In this document: piece after piece, positions 37,501 to 49,500 of the stretch | Layout of the letters: each line of letters starts with the position of its first letter | Position numbering within the stretch: position 1 is the first letter of the stretch | From: Scyliorhinus canicula | Lineage: Eukaryota | Direction: 5' to 3' | Assembly: GCF_902713615.1 (NCBI RefSeq) | Contig: NC_052166.1 | Span: forward strand, 5,596,711-5,660,710 | DNA: 64,000 nucleotides | Program-made: the position numbers and the translations under genes | Notes under the pieces: model-generated | Database searches by the model: none | Seen by the model: only the letters and a program-made list of their open reading frames with translations | What the model was told of the DNA's origin: nothing

Positions 37501-40500
37501 ATGGGCTAGGGTCTGGCAGATGGAATACAATGTTGACAAATGTGAGGTTATCCATTTTGGTAGGAATAACAGCAAAAGGGGTTATTATATAAATGATAAA
37601 ATATTAAAACATGCTGCTGTGCAGAGAGACCTGGGTGTGCTCGTGCATGAGTCTCAAAAAGTTGGTTTACAGGTGCAACAGGTGATTAAGAAAGCGAATG
37701 GAATTTTGTCCTTCATTGCTAGAGGGATGGAGTTTAAGACTAGGGAGATTATGCTGCAATTGTATAAGATATTAGTGAGGCCACACCTGGAGTATTGTGT
37801 TCAGTTTTGGTCTCCTTACCTGAGAAAGGACGTACTGGCACTGGAGGGTGTGCAGAGGAGATTCAGTAGGTTAATCCCAGAGCTGAAGGGGTTGGATTAC
37901 GAGGAGAGGTTGAGTAGACTGGGACTGTACTCATTGGAATTTAGAAGGATGATGGGGAATCTTATAGAAATATATAAAATTATGAAGGGAATAGATAGGA
38001 TAGATGCGGGCAGGTTGTTTCCACTGGCGGGTAAAAGCAGAACTAGGGGCATAGCCTCAAAATAAGGGGAAGTAGATTTAGGACTGAGTTTAGGAGGAAC
38101 TTCTTCACCCAAAGGGTTGTGAATTTATGGAATTCCTTGCCCAGTGAAGCAGTTGAGGCTCCTTCATTACATGTTTTTAAGGTAAAGATAGATAGTTTTT
38201 TGAAGAATAAAGGGATTAAGGGTTATGGTGTTCGGGCCGGAAACTGGAGCTGAGTCCACAAAAGATCAGAAATTATCTCATTGAATGGCGGAGCAGGCTC
38301 GAGGGGCCAGATGGCCTACTCCTGCTCCTAGTTCTGATGTTCTTATGTTTTAAAGGATCGTTCCTTTCGTCTGAGATGGTGTCCTCTGGTTCTAGTTTTT
38401 CCCACAAGTAGAAACATCCTCTCCACGTTCACTCTTTCCAGGCCTCGCAGTATCCTGTAAGTTTCAATAGGATCCCCCCCCTTATCCTTCTAAACTCCAA
38501 CGAGTACAGACCCAGATTCCTCAAACGTTCCTCATACGACAAGCTCTTCATTCCAGGGATCATTCTTGTGAACCTCCTCTGGACCCTTTCCAAGGCCAGC
38601 ACGTCCTTCCTTACATACAGGCCCCAAAACTGCTCACAATACTCCAAATGGGGTCTGACCAGAACCTCATACAGCCTCAGAAGTACATCCCTGCTCTTGT
38701 ATTCTAGCCCTCTTGACATGAATGTTAACATTGCAATTGCCTTGTTAACTGCTGACTGAACCTGCACATTAACCTTAAAAGAATCGTGAACAAAGACTCC
38801 CAAGTCCCTTTATGCTTCTGCTTTCCGAAGCATTTCTCCATTTAGAAAATAGTCGATGCCTAAATTCCTCCTTCCAAAGTGCATAACCTCACACTTTGCC
38901 ACATTGTATTTAATTTGCCACTTCATTGCCCGCTCTCCTAGCTTGTCCAAGACCTTCTGCAGCCTCCTTGCTTCCTCAATACTCCCTGTCCCTCTACAGA
39001 TCTTTGTATCATCTGCAAACTCAGCAACAGTGCCTTCAGTTCCTTCTTCCAGATCATTAATGTATATTGTGAAAAGTTGTGGTCCCAGCACAGACCCCTG
39101 AGGCACATCACTAGTCACCGGCTGCCATCCTGAAAAAGACCCCTTTATCCGAACTCTCTGCCTTCTGCCAGTCAGCCAATCCTCCATTCATGCCAAAATC
39201 TTACCCTGAACATCATGGGCTTTTAACTTATTGAACAGTGTTGAGCAGTTTTACGGGTGGCACAGTGGTTAGCATTGCTGCCTACGGCGCTGAGGGCCCG
39301 GGTTCGTATCCCGGGCCTGGGTCACTGTCCGTGTGGAGTTTGCACATTCTCCCCGTGTCTGCGTGGGTTTCACCCCCACAACCCAAAGATGTGCAGGTTA
39401 AGTGGATTGGCCTACGCTAAATTGCCCCTTAATTGGAAAAAATATTTGGGTACTCTAAATTTTAGGGCACCACGGTAGCATGGTGGTTAGCATCAATGCT
39501 TCACAGCTCCAGGGTCCCAGGTTCGATTCCCGGCTGGGTCACTGTCTGTGCGGAGTCTGCACATCCTCCCCGTGTGTGCGTGGGTTTTCTCCGGGTGCTC
39601 CGGTTTCCTCCCACAGTCCAAAGATGTGCAGGTTAGGTGGATTGGCCAGGCTAAATTGCCCTTAGTGTCCTAAAAAATAATGTTAATGGGGGTTGTTGGG
39701 TTACTGGTATAGGGTGGATACATGGGCTTGAGTAGGGTGATCATTGCTCGGCACAACATTGAGGGCCGAAGGGCCTGTTCTGTGCTGTACTGTTCTAATT
39801 CTAATTCTAAGTGTCCTTTGCGGCACCTTGTCAAAGGCCTTCTAGAAATGTAAATAAATCACGTCCACTGGTTCTCCTTTGTCTAACTTCCTTGTTACCT
39901 CCTCAAAGGATATGCCGAGAACCGAATGATTAACTTGTACAACATCTTGTGCACGTTGATAGCCATGTTCTGCTTCGAATCTTTCTCTCGCAAGAGTTGT
40001 TGACAGGCCTGGCTTATGTCTAGTTTGGAAAATGTCTTGCCTCCTGCAAAGGTTGAGAATACCCTCCTCAATGGGTAAGCGTCCAGCCTGGAAACCCGAT
40101 TAATGGCAAGTTTGTAATGCCCACGTATCTGTACAGTACCATCAGTTTTGAAAACAGGAACAACTGGAGCTGCCCAATGTGAAAACTGAATGGGCTCAAT
40201 GATTCCCAGCCTTTGCAGCTGCTCCAACTCCTCCTTCACTTTGCCTTTCAGGGTGTAGGGCGCCGTCCTCAGTTTGAAAAAGCGAGGATTAGCCTGAGGG
40301 CCTATGAACAATTTAACTGAAACCGCAATTCACCTTTGAAAACCTCAGATTATTTCTGAATGACGTCCTCTGCCACTTTTGTGAGCTTTATCTCATCCCA
40401 CTGAATTTTTCTGAGCCAGTCATGCCTGAGCAGACTGGGCCCATGGCATTTTACTACCAAGAGCTGTGCTCGCTCTTCTTGGCTGTTCTTGGCGATGTCT

Positions 40501-43500
40501 ACCTCTAACGCTCCACACAATGATATGGCCTCGCCGGTGTACTTCCGAAGGTTGATTCCTGCCTCAGTAAGGGCTGGTACCTGCTTAGAGTCCCAAATCT
40601 TCCTGAAGGTCTCCCCTCTGATTACCGATACAGAGGCTCCTGTGTCCAACCCCTTTGTGATGTTCTGTCCATTGTCCTCCACTGTTGGATTAATAGGCTC
40701 TGCAAGTCCCTCACTTATATTAAATGTGTTGTGATGGAGCTCCTCTGCCTGATCTGAGCTTTCCAAGCAATGCACTGTCGACTGGGGTTCCTTGCATTTC
40801 CAGTCCCTGGCTCAGTCTTCGACTTTCTCGTCTTCACTAAGTGCCTCATGTTGCATTGGTGACAAACATCGTCCATAAACTTACAATGATTCACATACTG
40901 TGACCCTCCACACTGAAAACACTCCACTGTCTTTTCCTTTGACTTGCGGCTTCTTTCTCTACTTGATGCAGTGCACCGGCCTACGGGCTGCCTTTGGCCT
41001 TCCGAATATCTTTTGCGTTATTGGCAGCCACTTCCGTGCCCTGAGAAATTTCTGGGACCTTCTCGAAAGTAAGCGTGGTCTCTCCCAACAAGTGCCATCT
41101 TCGTTAATGCCGCAAACTAGTCTGTCCCGAAGCATGTCTTTCAAAGATGCACCAAACTCAGAATGGTCGGAGAGCCGGCGCAATTCAACAACAAAGTTAG
41201 CTACAGACTGTCCCGCCTTCCAAAAATGACTGTGGAATTTGGAACGTTTTGCAATCACTGTGGACTTGTGAGAGTAACTAAATCTATACATGAAACGCTC
41301 CCGGAGTCAGTGGTGTAGCTCAATTTCTCACTCGCTTGTGAGCCTTCGCCCCTCACACACTCGGGCGAATTGAGCACTTTGTAAATCGCTTATAGTCACA
41401 AGTAGGCTTCAAATGAAGTTACTGTGACATGCCCCTAGTCGCCACATTCCGGTGCCTGTTTGGGGAGGCTGGTACGGGAATTGAACCCACGCTGCTGGCC
41501 TTGCTCTGCTTTACAAGCCAGCTGTTTAGTCCACTGTGCTGAAGCGGTCCCATTTGCCAAGAAAAAGGTGTTCCCAGGCCACACCTGGAGTATTGTGCGC
41601 AGTTTTGGTCTCCTTCTCTGAGGAAGGATGTTCTTGTTCTGGAGGGAATGCAGCAAAGGTTTACCAGACTGATTCCAGGGATGGCGGGACTGTCACATGA
41701 GGAGAGATGGACTAGGTTGGGATTGTTCTCGCTGGAGTTCAAACGAATGAGGGAGGGGATCCCATCGAGACTTATAAAATTCTAACAGAACTGGACAGGG
41801 TAGATGCAGGAAAGATGTTCCCGAGGGTGGGGTGTGGCCAGAACCAGGGGTCACAGTCTGAGGATTCAGGGTAAACCATTTTGGACAGAGATAAGGAGAC
41901 ATTTCTTCACACAAAGAGCGGCGAGCCTGTGGAATTCATTACCACAGGAAGTAGTTGATGCTAAAACATTGAATATATTCAAGAGGCGGCTGGATATAGC
42001 ACTTGGGGAGAATGGATCAAAGGCTATGGGGAGAAAGCAGGATTAGGCTATTGAGTTGGATGATCAGCCATGATCGTGATGAATGGCGGAGCAGGCTCGA
42101 AGGGCCAAAAGGCCTCACTCTTATTGGGACTCGACTTTCAGTGCAATCTCAAGAGTCTCACCCTCAGCTTTGGCGGACCCCTACCCCCACTCACTCTCTG
42201 CAGCCTAGCCACGCTTCGAATCTCCCCCCCTCCTCTCTTTGCCAACCTCACTCCGGACTGTAAACCCGTAGCCACCCGCAGCAGGCGGTACAGCCTACAG
42301 GACAGGGTGTTCATTCGATCCGAGGTTCGGAGGCTTTTACGTGAGGGGATCATAGAGGCCAGTAACAGCCCCTGGAGAGCTCAGGTGGAGGTCGTCAAGA
42401 CCGGGGAAAAATTCCAAATGGTAATGGACTATAGTCAGACTATTAATCGGTTTATGCTCATCGACGCGTACCCCCTCCCCAGGATTGCAGACATGGTGAA
42501 TCAGATCGCCCAGTATCGGATTTTTTCCACGGTGGATCTGAAGTCTGCATACCACCAGCTCCCAATCCGCCCGGAGGACCGCCACTACATGGCATTCGAG
42601 GCCGATGGCCGCCTCTTCCATTTCCTCCGGGGCCCTTTCAGCGTCACTACTGGGGTTTTGGTGTTCCAACGAGCAATGGACCGAATGGTGGACCAGTATG
42701 GGCTGCGGGCCACGTTTCTGTTCTTGGATAACGTCACCATCTGCGGCTATGACCAGCAGGACCACGACGCCAACCTCCATCGATTTCTCCAGACGGCCCA
42801 GAAACTCAACCTCACTTACAACATGGAGAAATGCGTTTTCCGCACGACCAGGCTAGCCATCCTCGGCTATGTCGTGGAAAACGGAGTCCTGGGCCCCGAC
42901 CCGGACCGTATGTGCCCCCTCTTAGAACTCCGTCTCCCTCATTGTCCCAGGGCCCTCAAACGGTGCCTCGGATTCTTCTCGTATTACGCCCAGTGGGTCC
43001 CTCAATATGCGGACAAAGCCCGCCCACTATTTAAGGCCACACTTTTCCCCCTGTCGGCTGAGTCTCGCCAGGCCTTCAACTGCATCAAGGAGGACATCGC
43101 CAAAGCTGCCATGCGGGCGGTGGATGAATCCGTCCCCTTCCAGGTCGAGAGCGACGCCTCAGAGGTAGCTCTTGCAGCCTCAGAGGTAGCTCTTGCAGCC
43201 ACATTAAATCAGGCAGGGAGACCAGTCGCATTTTTCTCCCGAACCCTCTCCGCTTCGGAACTTCGACACTCCTCGGTCGAAAAGGAAGCTCAAGCCATTG
43301 TGGAAGCTATACGTCACTGGAGGCAATACCTCGCAGGTAGAAGGTTCACCCTCATCACCGACCAAAGATCGGTTGCCTTCATGTTTGACAACTCGCAAAG
43401 GGGCAAAATTAAAAATGACAAATTCTGAGGTGGAGGATCGAACTCTCCACCTACAGTTACGATATGTATTGACCGGGGAAGCTCACCGAGCCCCCGGATG

Positions 43501-46500
43501 CCCTGTCCCGCGGGACGTGCGCCAGCGCACAGAGCGACCACTTAAGAACCATCCACAATGACCTCTGCCACCCGGGGGTCATCCGGCTCGCCCACTACGT
43601 CAAAGCCTGAAATCTGCCTTTCTCCACCGAGGAGGTAAAAGCCATCACCAGGGATTGCCCGATCTGTGCAGAGTGCAAACCGCACTTCTACAGACCAGAC
43701 AGGGCCCACCTGGTTAAAGCTTCTAGGCCCTTTGAGCGCCTCGCTATCGATTTCAAAGGGCCACTTCTCTCGACTAACAGGAATGTGTACTTCCTGAATG
43801 TAATTGACGAGTTCTCCCGATTCCCTTTTGCTATCCCGTGCCCCGATATGACCTCCCACACAGTCATTAGGGCCCTGCATAGTATCTTCACCCTGTTTGG
43901 TTTCCCCAGCTACGTACACAGCGACCGGAGTTCGTCCTTTATGAGCGACGATCTGCGTCAGTACCTGCTCGACAAGGGCATCGCCTCGAGCAGGACTACC
44001 AGCTACAACCCAGGGGGAACGGGCAGGTGGAGAGGGAGAATGCGACGGTCTAGAAGACCGTCCTACTGACCCTCCGGTCCAGGAATCATCCGATCTCCCA
44101 TTGGCAAGAAGTTCTCCCAGACGCGCTCCACGCTATTAGGTCCCTCTTATGTACCGCTACCAACCAGACCCCTCACGAGCGGCTCTTTATCTTTTCCAGG
44201 GGCAATACCACGGGGGCTTCGCTCCCGGCATGGTTGAAGACACCGGGCCCTGTACTCCTCCGGAAGCACGTCAGGGCGCACAAAACTGACCCACTCGTAG
44301 AGAAAGTGCTCCTACTGCATTCAAACCCCCAATACGCCTTCGTAGAGTTCCCTGACGGCCGTCAGGACACTGTATCCCTCCGGGACCTAGCGCCTGCAGG
44401 ATCCACCCCCCCACTACCACCGCTGAGGTACCCCTCACATTACATTCCACCCAACTCACCCCCCCACGCCCCCGCACCTACCAGTTCGCTACATTTTTTT
44501 CGCGCACACGCGCCAGCTGGCTCCCAGCGCCCCCAGTCGAACCAGACGGGTACGAAGCTCGGGCGGAATCGCCCCCGGAGTCCGCCATCATACCCCAACC
44601 GACGGTGCTCATCCAGCCACCAGAAGGGGCTGCAACCCCGGTGCTCTGCCAATCACAGCGGACAACTCGGCCACCGGACAGACTCAATCTGTAAGCCACC
44701 ACCCCCGCCGGACTTGATTTTTTTTACAGGGGGTGAATGTGGTGAATCACAGTAGCGTAATTCACACTGTATTACTATGTCTCTGTAAGTTCGGCAAACG
44801 AGCAGTTGTGCTGCTCTGCCACTAGGGGGAGATGCACTGGGAGTGTACGGGAGTTTGTACTGGGCTCCACCCTTGGCTCCACCCATGGCTCCTCCCCCCC
44901 CCCTAACCGGAAATATAAAGGTTGATGCTGAGAGCCTGCCTGCAGTTCATCTGGAGTTCATCGTGTCACAGGCAGGCTCTGTTGTAAGACGATTAAAACC
45001 ACTGTTCACTTCTAACCACGTGTCGCGTGAATTGATGGTCTCATCAAGGGGTCACAATGGTTTGGGGCCTACACATGCAGAAGGGGGTCGCCTGATCAAT
45101 AGACGCTCTCGTACTTTTGACCCCCACTTTCAGAGAGATCCAATTCCTTTGTAAATCCCCAGTTCTCTCTCTGCCACCCCCCCCTCCCCCCCACCACATC
45201 ACGAGAATAATCTCACATCTGCTTATGTTGTCGTATAGATCGTGGCGCGATGTGACATCTGCCTGCTCATGGAGGTCCGCGACTCGTCCGGTGCAGTGGT
45301 GGACCAGTTACTTCAAGACCTGAACAGGTGAGGGTCATCCCATATCCTGCCCCCTCCTTCTACACCGCTCCCCCCCCCCCCCCAACCTTTACGTTGAGTG
45401 TGTCCAGTGGCCATCTGCGTGGCAAGGCCTGAAGCCAGGATGTGGACCATCCGCTTGGCATCCTGCCGAGGGAGGCCTCCCTTCGAGGGTTAGGCCTGCG
45501 TCGTGGAGTTAGGCTTTTGGGCCCTCTCTGTTACCACAGCGACTGGCTCCATCTTGGCCGCGGTTCAGCCAGTCCAGTCGCAACTTTGGTGCCGTATTTG
45601 ACACCAAAATGAGTTTCCGACCTCATACCCACGCTGTCACAAAGACCGCCTCCCTGTTTCAGCTCATCCGCTGTGGAAACCCTCGTCCGGGCATTCGTTA
45701 CCTCCAGACTCGACGGTTCTGTCACTCCCTTGGCTGCTCTCCTATGTTATTCTCTCCCAAAACGTCAGCTCACGCAAAAGTCTGCCCCTCACCACTTCCC
45801 CAACCCTGCGGATCAACTCACACCTGAGTCAGGGTGGCGCAGTGGTTAGCACTGCTGCCTACGACGCTGAGGAGCCGGGTTCGATCCCTGGCCCTGGGCC
45901 ACTGTCAGTGTGGAGTTTGCACGTTCTCCCCGTGTCTGCGTAGGTCTCACCCCCCACAACCAGGGCAGCGCGGTAGCACAAGTGGCTTCACAGAGCCCAC
46001 AACTCGCCCTCCTCCAACCTCCTACAACCCTCCCTATCTCTGCAACCTCCTCCAGCCCCACAACCCTCCCTATCTCTGTAACCTCCTTCAGCCCCTACAA
46101 CCCGCCCTATCTCCATAACCTCCTCCAGCCCCTACAACCCTCCCTATCTCTGTAACCTCCTCCAGCCCCTACAAACCTTCCTATCTCTGTAACCTCCTCC
46201 AGCCCCTACAACCCTCCCTATCTCTGTAACCTCCTCCAGCCCCTACAACCCTCCCTATCTCTGCAACCTCCTCCAGCCCCACAACCCTCCCTATCTCTGT
46301 AACCTCCTCCAGCCCCTAGAACCCTCCCTATCTCTGTAACCTCCTCCACCCCCTAAAACCCTTATCTCTGTAACCTCCTCCAGTCCCTACAACCCTCCCT
46401 ATCTCTGTAACCTCCTCCAGCACCTACAACCCTTCTTATCTCTGTAACCTCCTCCAGCACCGACAATCCTCCCTATCTCTATAACCTCCTCAAGCCCCTA

Positions 46501-49500
46501 CAACCCTCCCTATCTCTGTAACCTCCTCCAGTCCCTCCAACCCTCCCTATAACCTCCTCCAGCCCCTACAAACCTTCCTATCTCTGTAACCTCCTCCAGC
46601 CCCTACAATCCTCCCTATCCCTGTAACCTCCTCCAGCCCCTACAACCCTCCCTATCTCTGTAACCTCCTCCAGCACCTACAACCCTTCCTATCTCTGTAA
46701 CCTCCAGCCCCTTCAACCCTTCCTATCTCTGTAACCTCCTCCAGCCCCTACAATCCTCCCTATCCCTGTAACCTCCTCCAGCCCCTACAACCCTCCCTAT
46801 CCCTGTAACCTCCTCCAGCCCTGACAACCCTCCCTATCTCTGTAACCTCCTCTAGCCCCTACAACCCTCCATATCTCTGTAACCGCCTCCAGCCCCTAAA
46901 CCCTCCCTATCTCTGTAACCTCCTCCAACCCCTACAACCCTCCCTATCGCTGTAACCTCCTCCAGCCCCGACAACCCTCCCCATCTCTGTAACCTCCTCC
47001 AGCCCCTACAACCCTCCCTATCTCTGTAACCGCCTCCATCCCCTGCAACCCTCCCTATCTCTGTAACCTCCTCCAGCCCCTGCAACCCTCCCTATCTCTG
47101 TAACCTCCTCCAGCCCCTCCAACCCTCCCTATCTCTGTAACCTCCTCCAGCCCCTACAACCCTCCCTATCTCTGTAACCTCCTCCAGCCCCTACAACCCT
47201 CCCTATCCCTGTAACCTCCTCCAGCCCTGACAACCCTCCCTATCTCTGTAACCTCCTCTAGCCCCTACAACCCTCCATATCTCTGTAACCGCCTCCAGCC
47301 CCTAAACCCTCCCTATCTCTGTAACCTCCTCCAACCCCTACAACCCTCCCTATCGCTGTAACCTCCTCCAGCCCCGACAACTCTCCCCATCTCTGTAACC
47401 TCCTCCAGCCCCTACAACCCTCCCTATCTCTGTAACCGCCTCCATCCCCTGCAACCCTCCCTATCTCTGTAACCTCCTCCAGCCCCTGCAACCCTCCCTA
47501 TCTCTGTAACCTCCTCCAGCCCCTACAACCCTCCCTATCTCTGTAACCTCCTCCAGCACCTACAATCCTTCCTATCTCTGTAACCTCCAGCCCCTTCAAC
47601 CCTTCCTATCTCTGTAACCTCCTCCAGCCCCTACAATCCTCCCTATCCCTGTAACCTCCTCCAGCCCCTACAACCCTCCCTATCCCTGTAACCTCCTCCA
47701 GCCCTGACAACCCTCCCTATCTTTGTAACCTCCTCTAGCCCCTACAACCCTCCATATCTCTGTAACCTCCTCCAACCCCTACAACCCTCCCTATCGCTGT
47801 AACCTCCTCTAGCCCCTACAACCCTCCATATCTCTGTAACCGCCTCCAGCCCCTAAACCCTCCCTATCTCTGTAACCTCCTCCAACCCCTACAACCCTCC
47901 CTATCGCTGTAACCTCCTCCAGCCCCGACAACCCTCCCCATCTCTGTAACCTCCTCCAGCCCCTACAACCCTCCCTATCTCTGTAACCGCCTCCATCCCC
48001 TGCAACCCTCCCTATCTCTGTAACCTCCTCCAGCCCCTGCAACCCTCCCTATCTCTGTAACCTCCTTGAGCCACTACCACCCTCCCTATCTCTGTAACCT
48101 CCTCCAGCCCCTCCAACCCTCCCTATCTCTGTAACCTCCTCCAGTCCCTAGTCATCTCCGACAACACTCCGAGATCTCTGCGCTCCTCCAATTCCGGTCT
48201 CAGGAGCAAGCCCCCATTCCCATCGTTCCACCATTGGCGGCCGTGCCTTCAGCTACCTGGGGCGGGGTGGGAGGGTGGGTTGGGGGGGGGGGGGGGGGGG
48301 GCAAAGCTGTTCAAGACACTCCTTAAAAACTGCCCTCTGTGACTGAGCTTTTGGCTGCCTGTCCCGGACATCGCCGCCCGTGGCTCAGGGTGAAAACGTC
48401 TTTCACCCTCGCACCTTCGGGATGCACGATAGATGTGATTTGTCCTTGTGAGCCTCCTACGTTGCCGCACTGCCTCTCTTCCTGGTGTGAGATACCGTGC
48501 TCCCACAAAAACGTTCCTGTTTTTTTCTACAGCTACGACCAGCATCACCAGTACGTGTACCTGGCCAGCAAGAGGCTTGGGGAGAGAAAGTACAAGGAGC
48601 AGTACGTCTTCATATACAGGTACATCTGCCCCGGCGAGCGGAACGATAGCTCGACACTGTGGGGAGAGCTGTGCATGACACCCCGGCCTAGGGCGGTCAA
48701 TTTCACCCCCACAGGTTCCGGAGTCACAACACAAGCGAATTAAGCAATAATTCTAGTAAAAATACCCAAAGACTTGGGGCCCTTCACTGCCCAATAATTA
48801 GTCAACAGATTTGTAGATTTAAATTACTGTTTACTTATGTCCAATCGCTACCTATTACCAGGCAGAGTTTGGCCTTTTGGGCCAATTCATTGCCCCCCCA
48901 GCTAATCAATCAACCCCACGTCTATCTCTGGTGCTGAGAAGACTGAAGCCTCTATTCAAAGCAGCCGACACTAGCAGAGCGTTCGCTCCTCTAACCTCAG
49001 AATTCCTCATTTTCTGGAGGAGGTTACTTGGCTTAAAGTCACAGGTCCATTAATCACCCATGCATCAAAAATGAGACCGGAAAAGTATAAGACGGGGGAA
49101 ATGAGGGAATGACCCTTACCCTGTGACCATTACATCAGAACTAGTAGGAGGCCCTTCGACCCGTCGGGGGTGCTCCCCCAGGCAAGATCTGACCGGGGCC
49201 TCAACATCACTTTCCTCTCTGTCTCTCCCCACCCACCCCTCCAATAATCCCTTCATACCCTCTGTTCAAAACTTTAGTGAGTCCACACTCGAAATATTGT
49301 GTTGGTCTTATTACCTAAGGCACTTGCCCCCAGGAGGGATTGCAATGGAGATTCACCAGGCTGATTACAGGCATGAAGGGATTGTTGCAGTTCCCTGTTG
49401 AAATAGACTCTGTAGACTGTTTGCTGTTGTGTGCTATTTCAGTAGACCATAATATATAGCACAATTAGGCCACTCGGCCTATCGAGTCTGCTCCGCCATT

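Larger units (their letters stand above)
33950..41290 (-). mobile_element. decayed Gypsy retrotransposon (gag-PR-RT-RH-IN remnants) split by nested LINEs and SINEs
   Basis: gag [11 protein letters not shown]; protease LDTGASVS; [17 protein letters not shown]; RT resumes at 35600-35780 (SSSPTIFQR); IN tail WLPGVI..GPVS at 33960-34060. Confidence 0.82.

Noticed and set aside
42070-43428. 452-aa RT/RNase H ORF as an active or domesticated gene
   Set aside because: 5'-truncated and fused to a LINE tail; downstream integrase has frameshifts and stops; no 5' LTR or gag.
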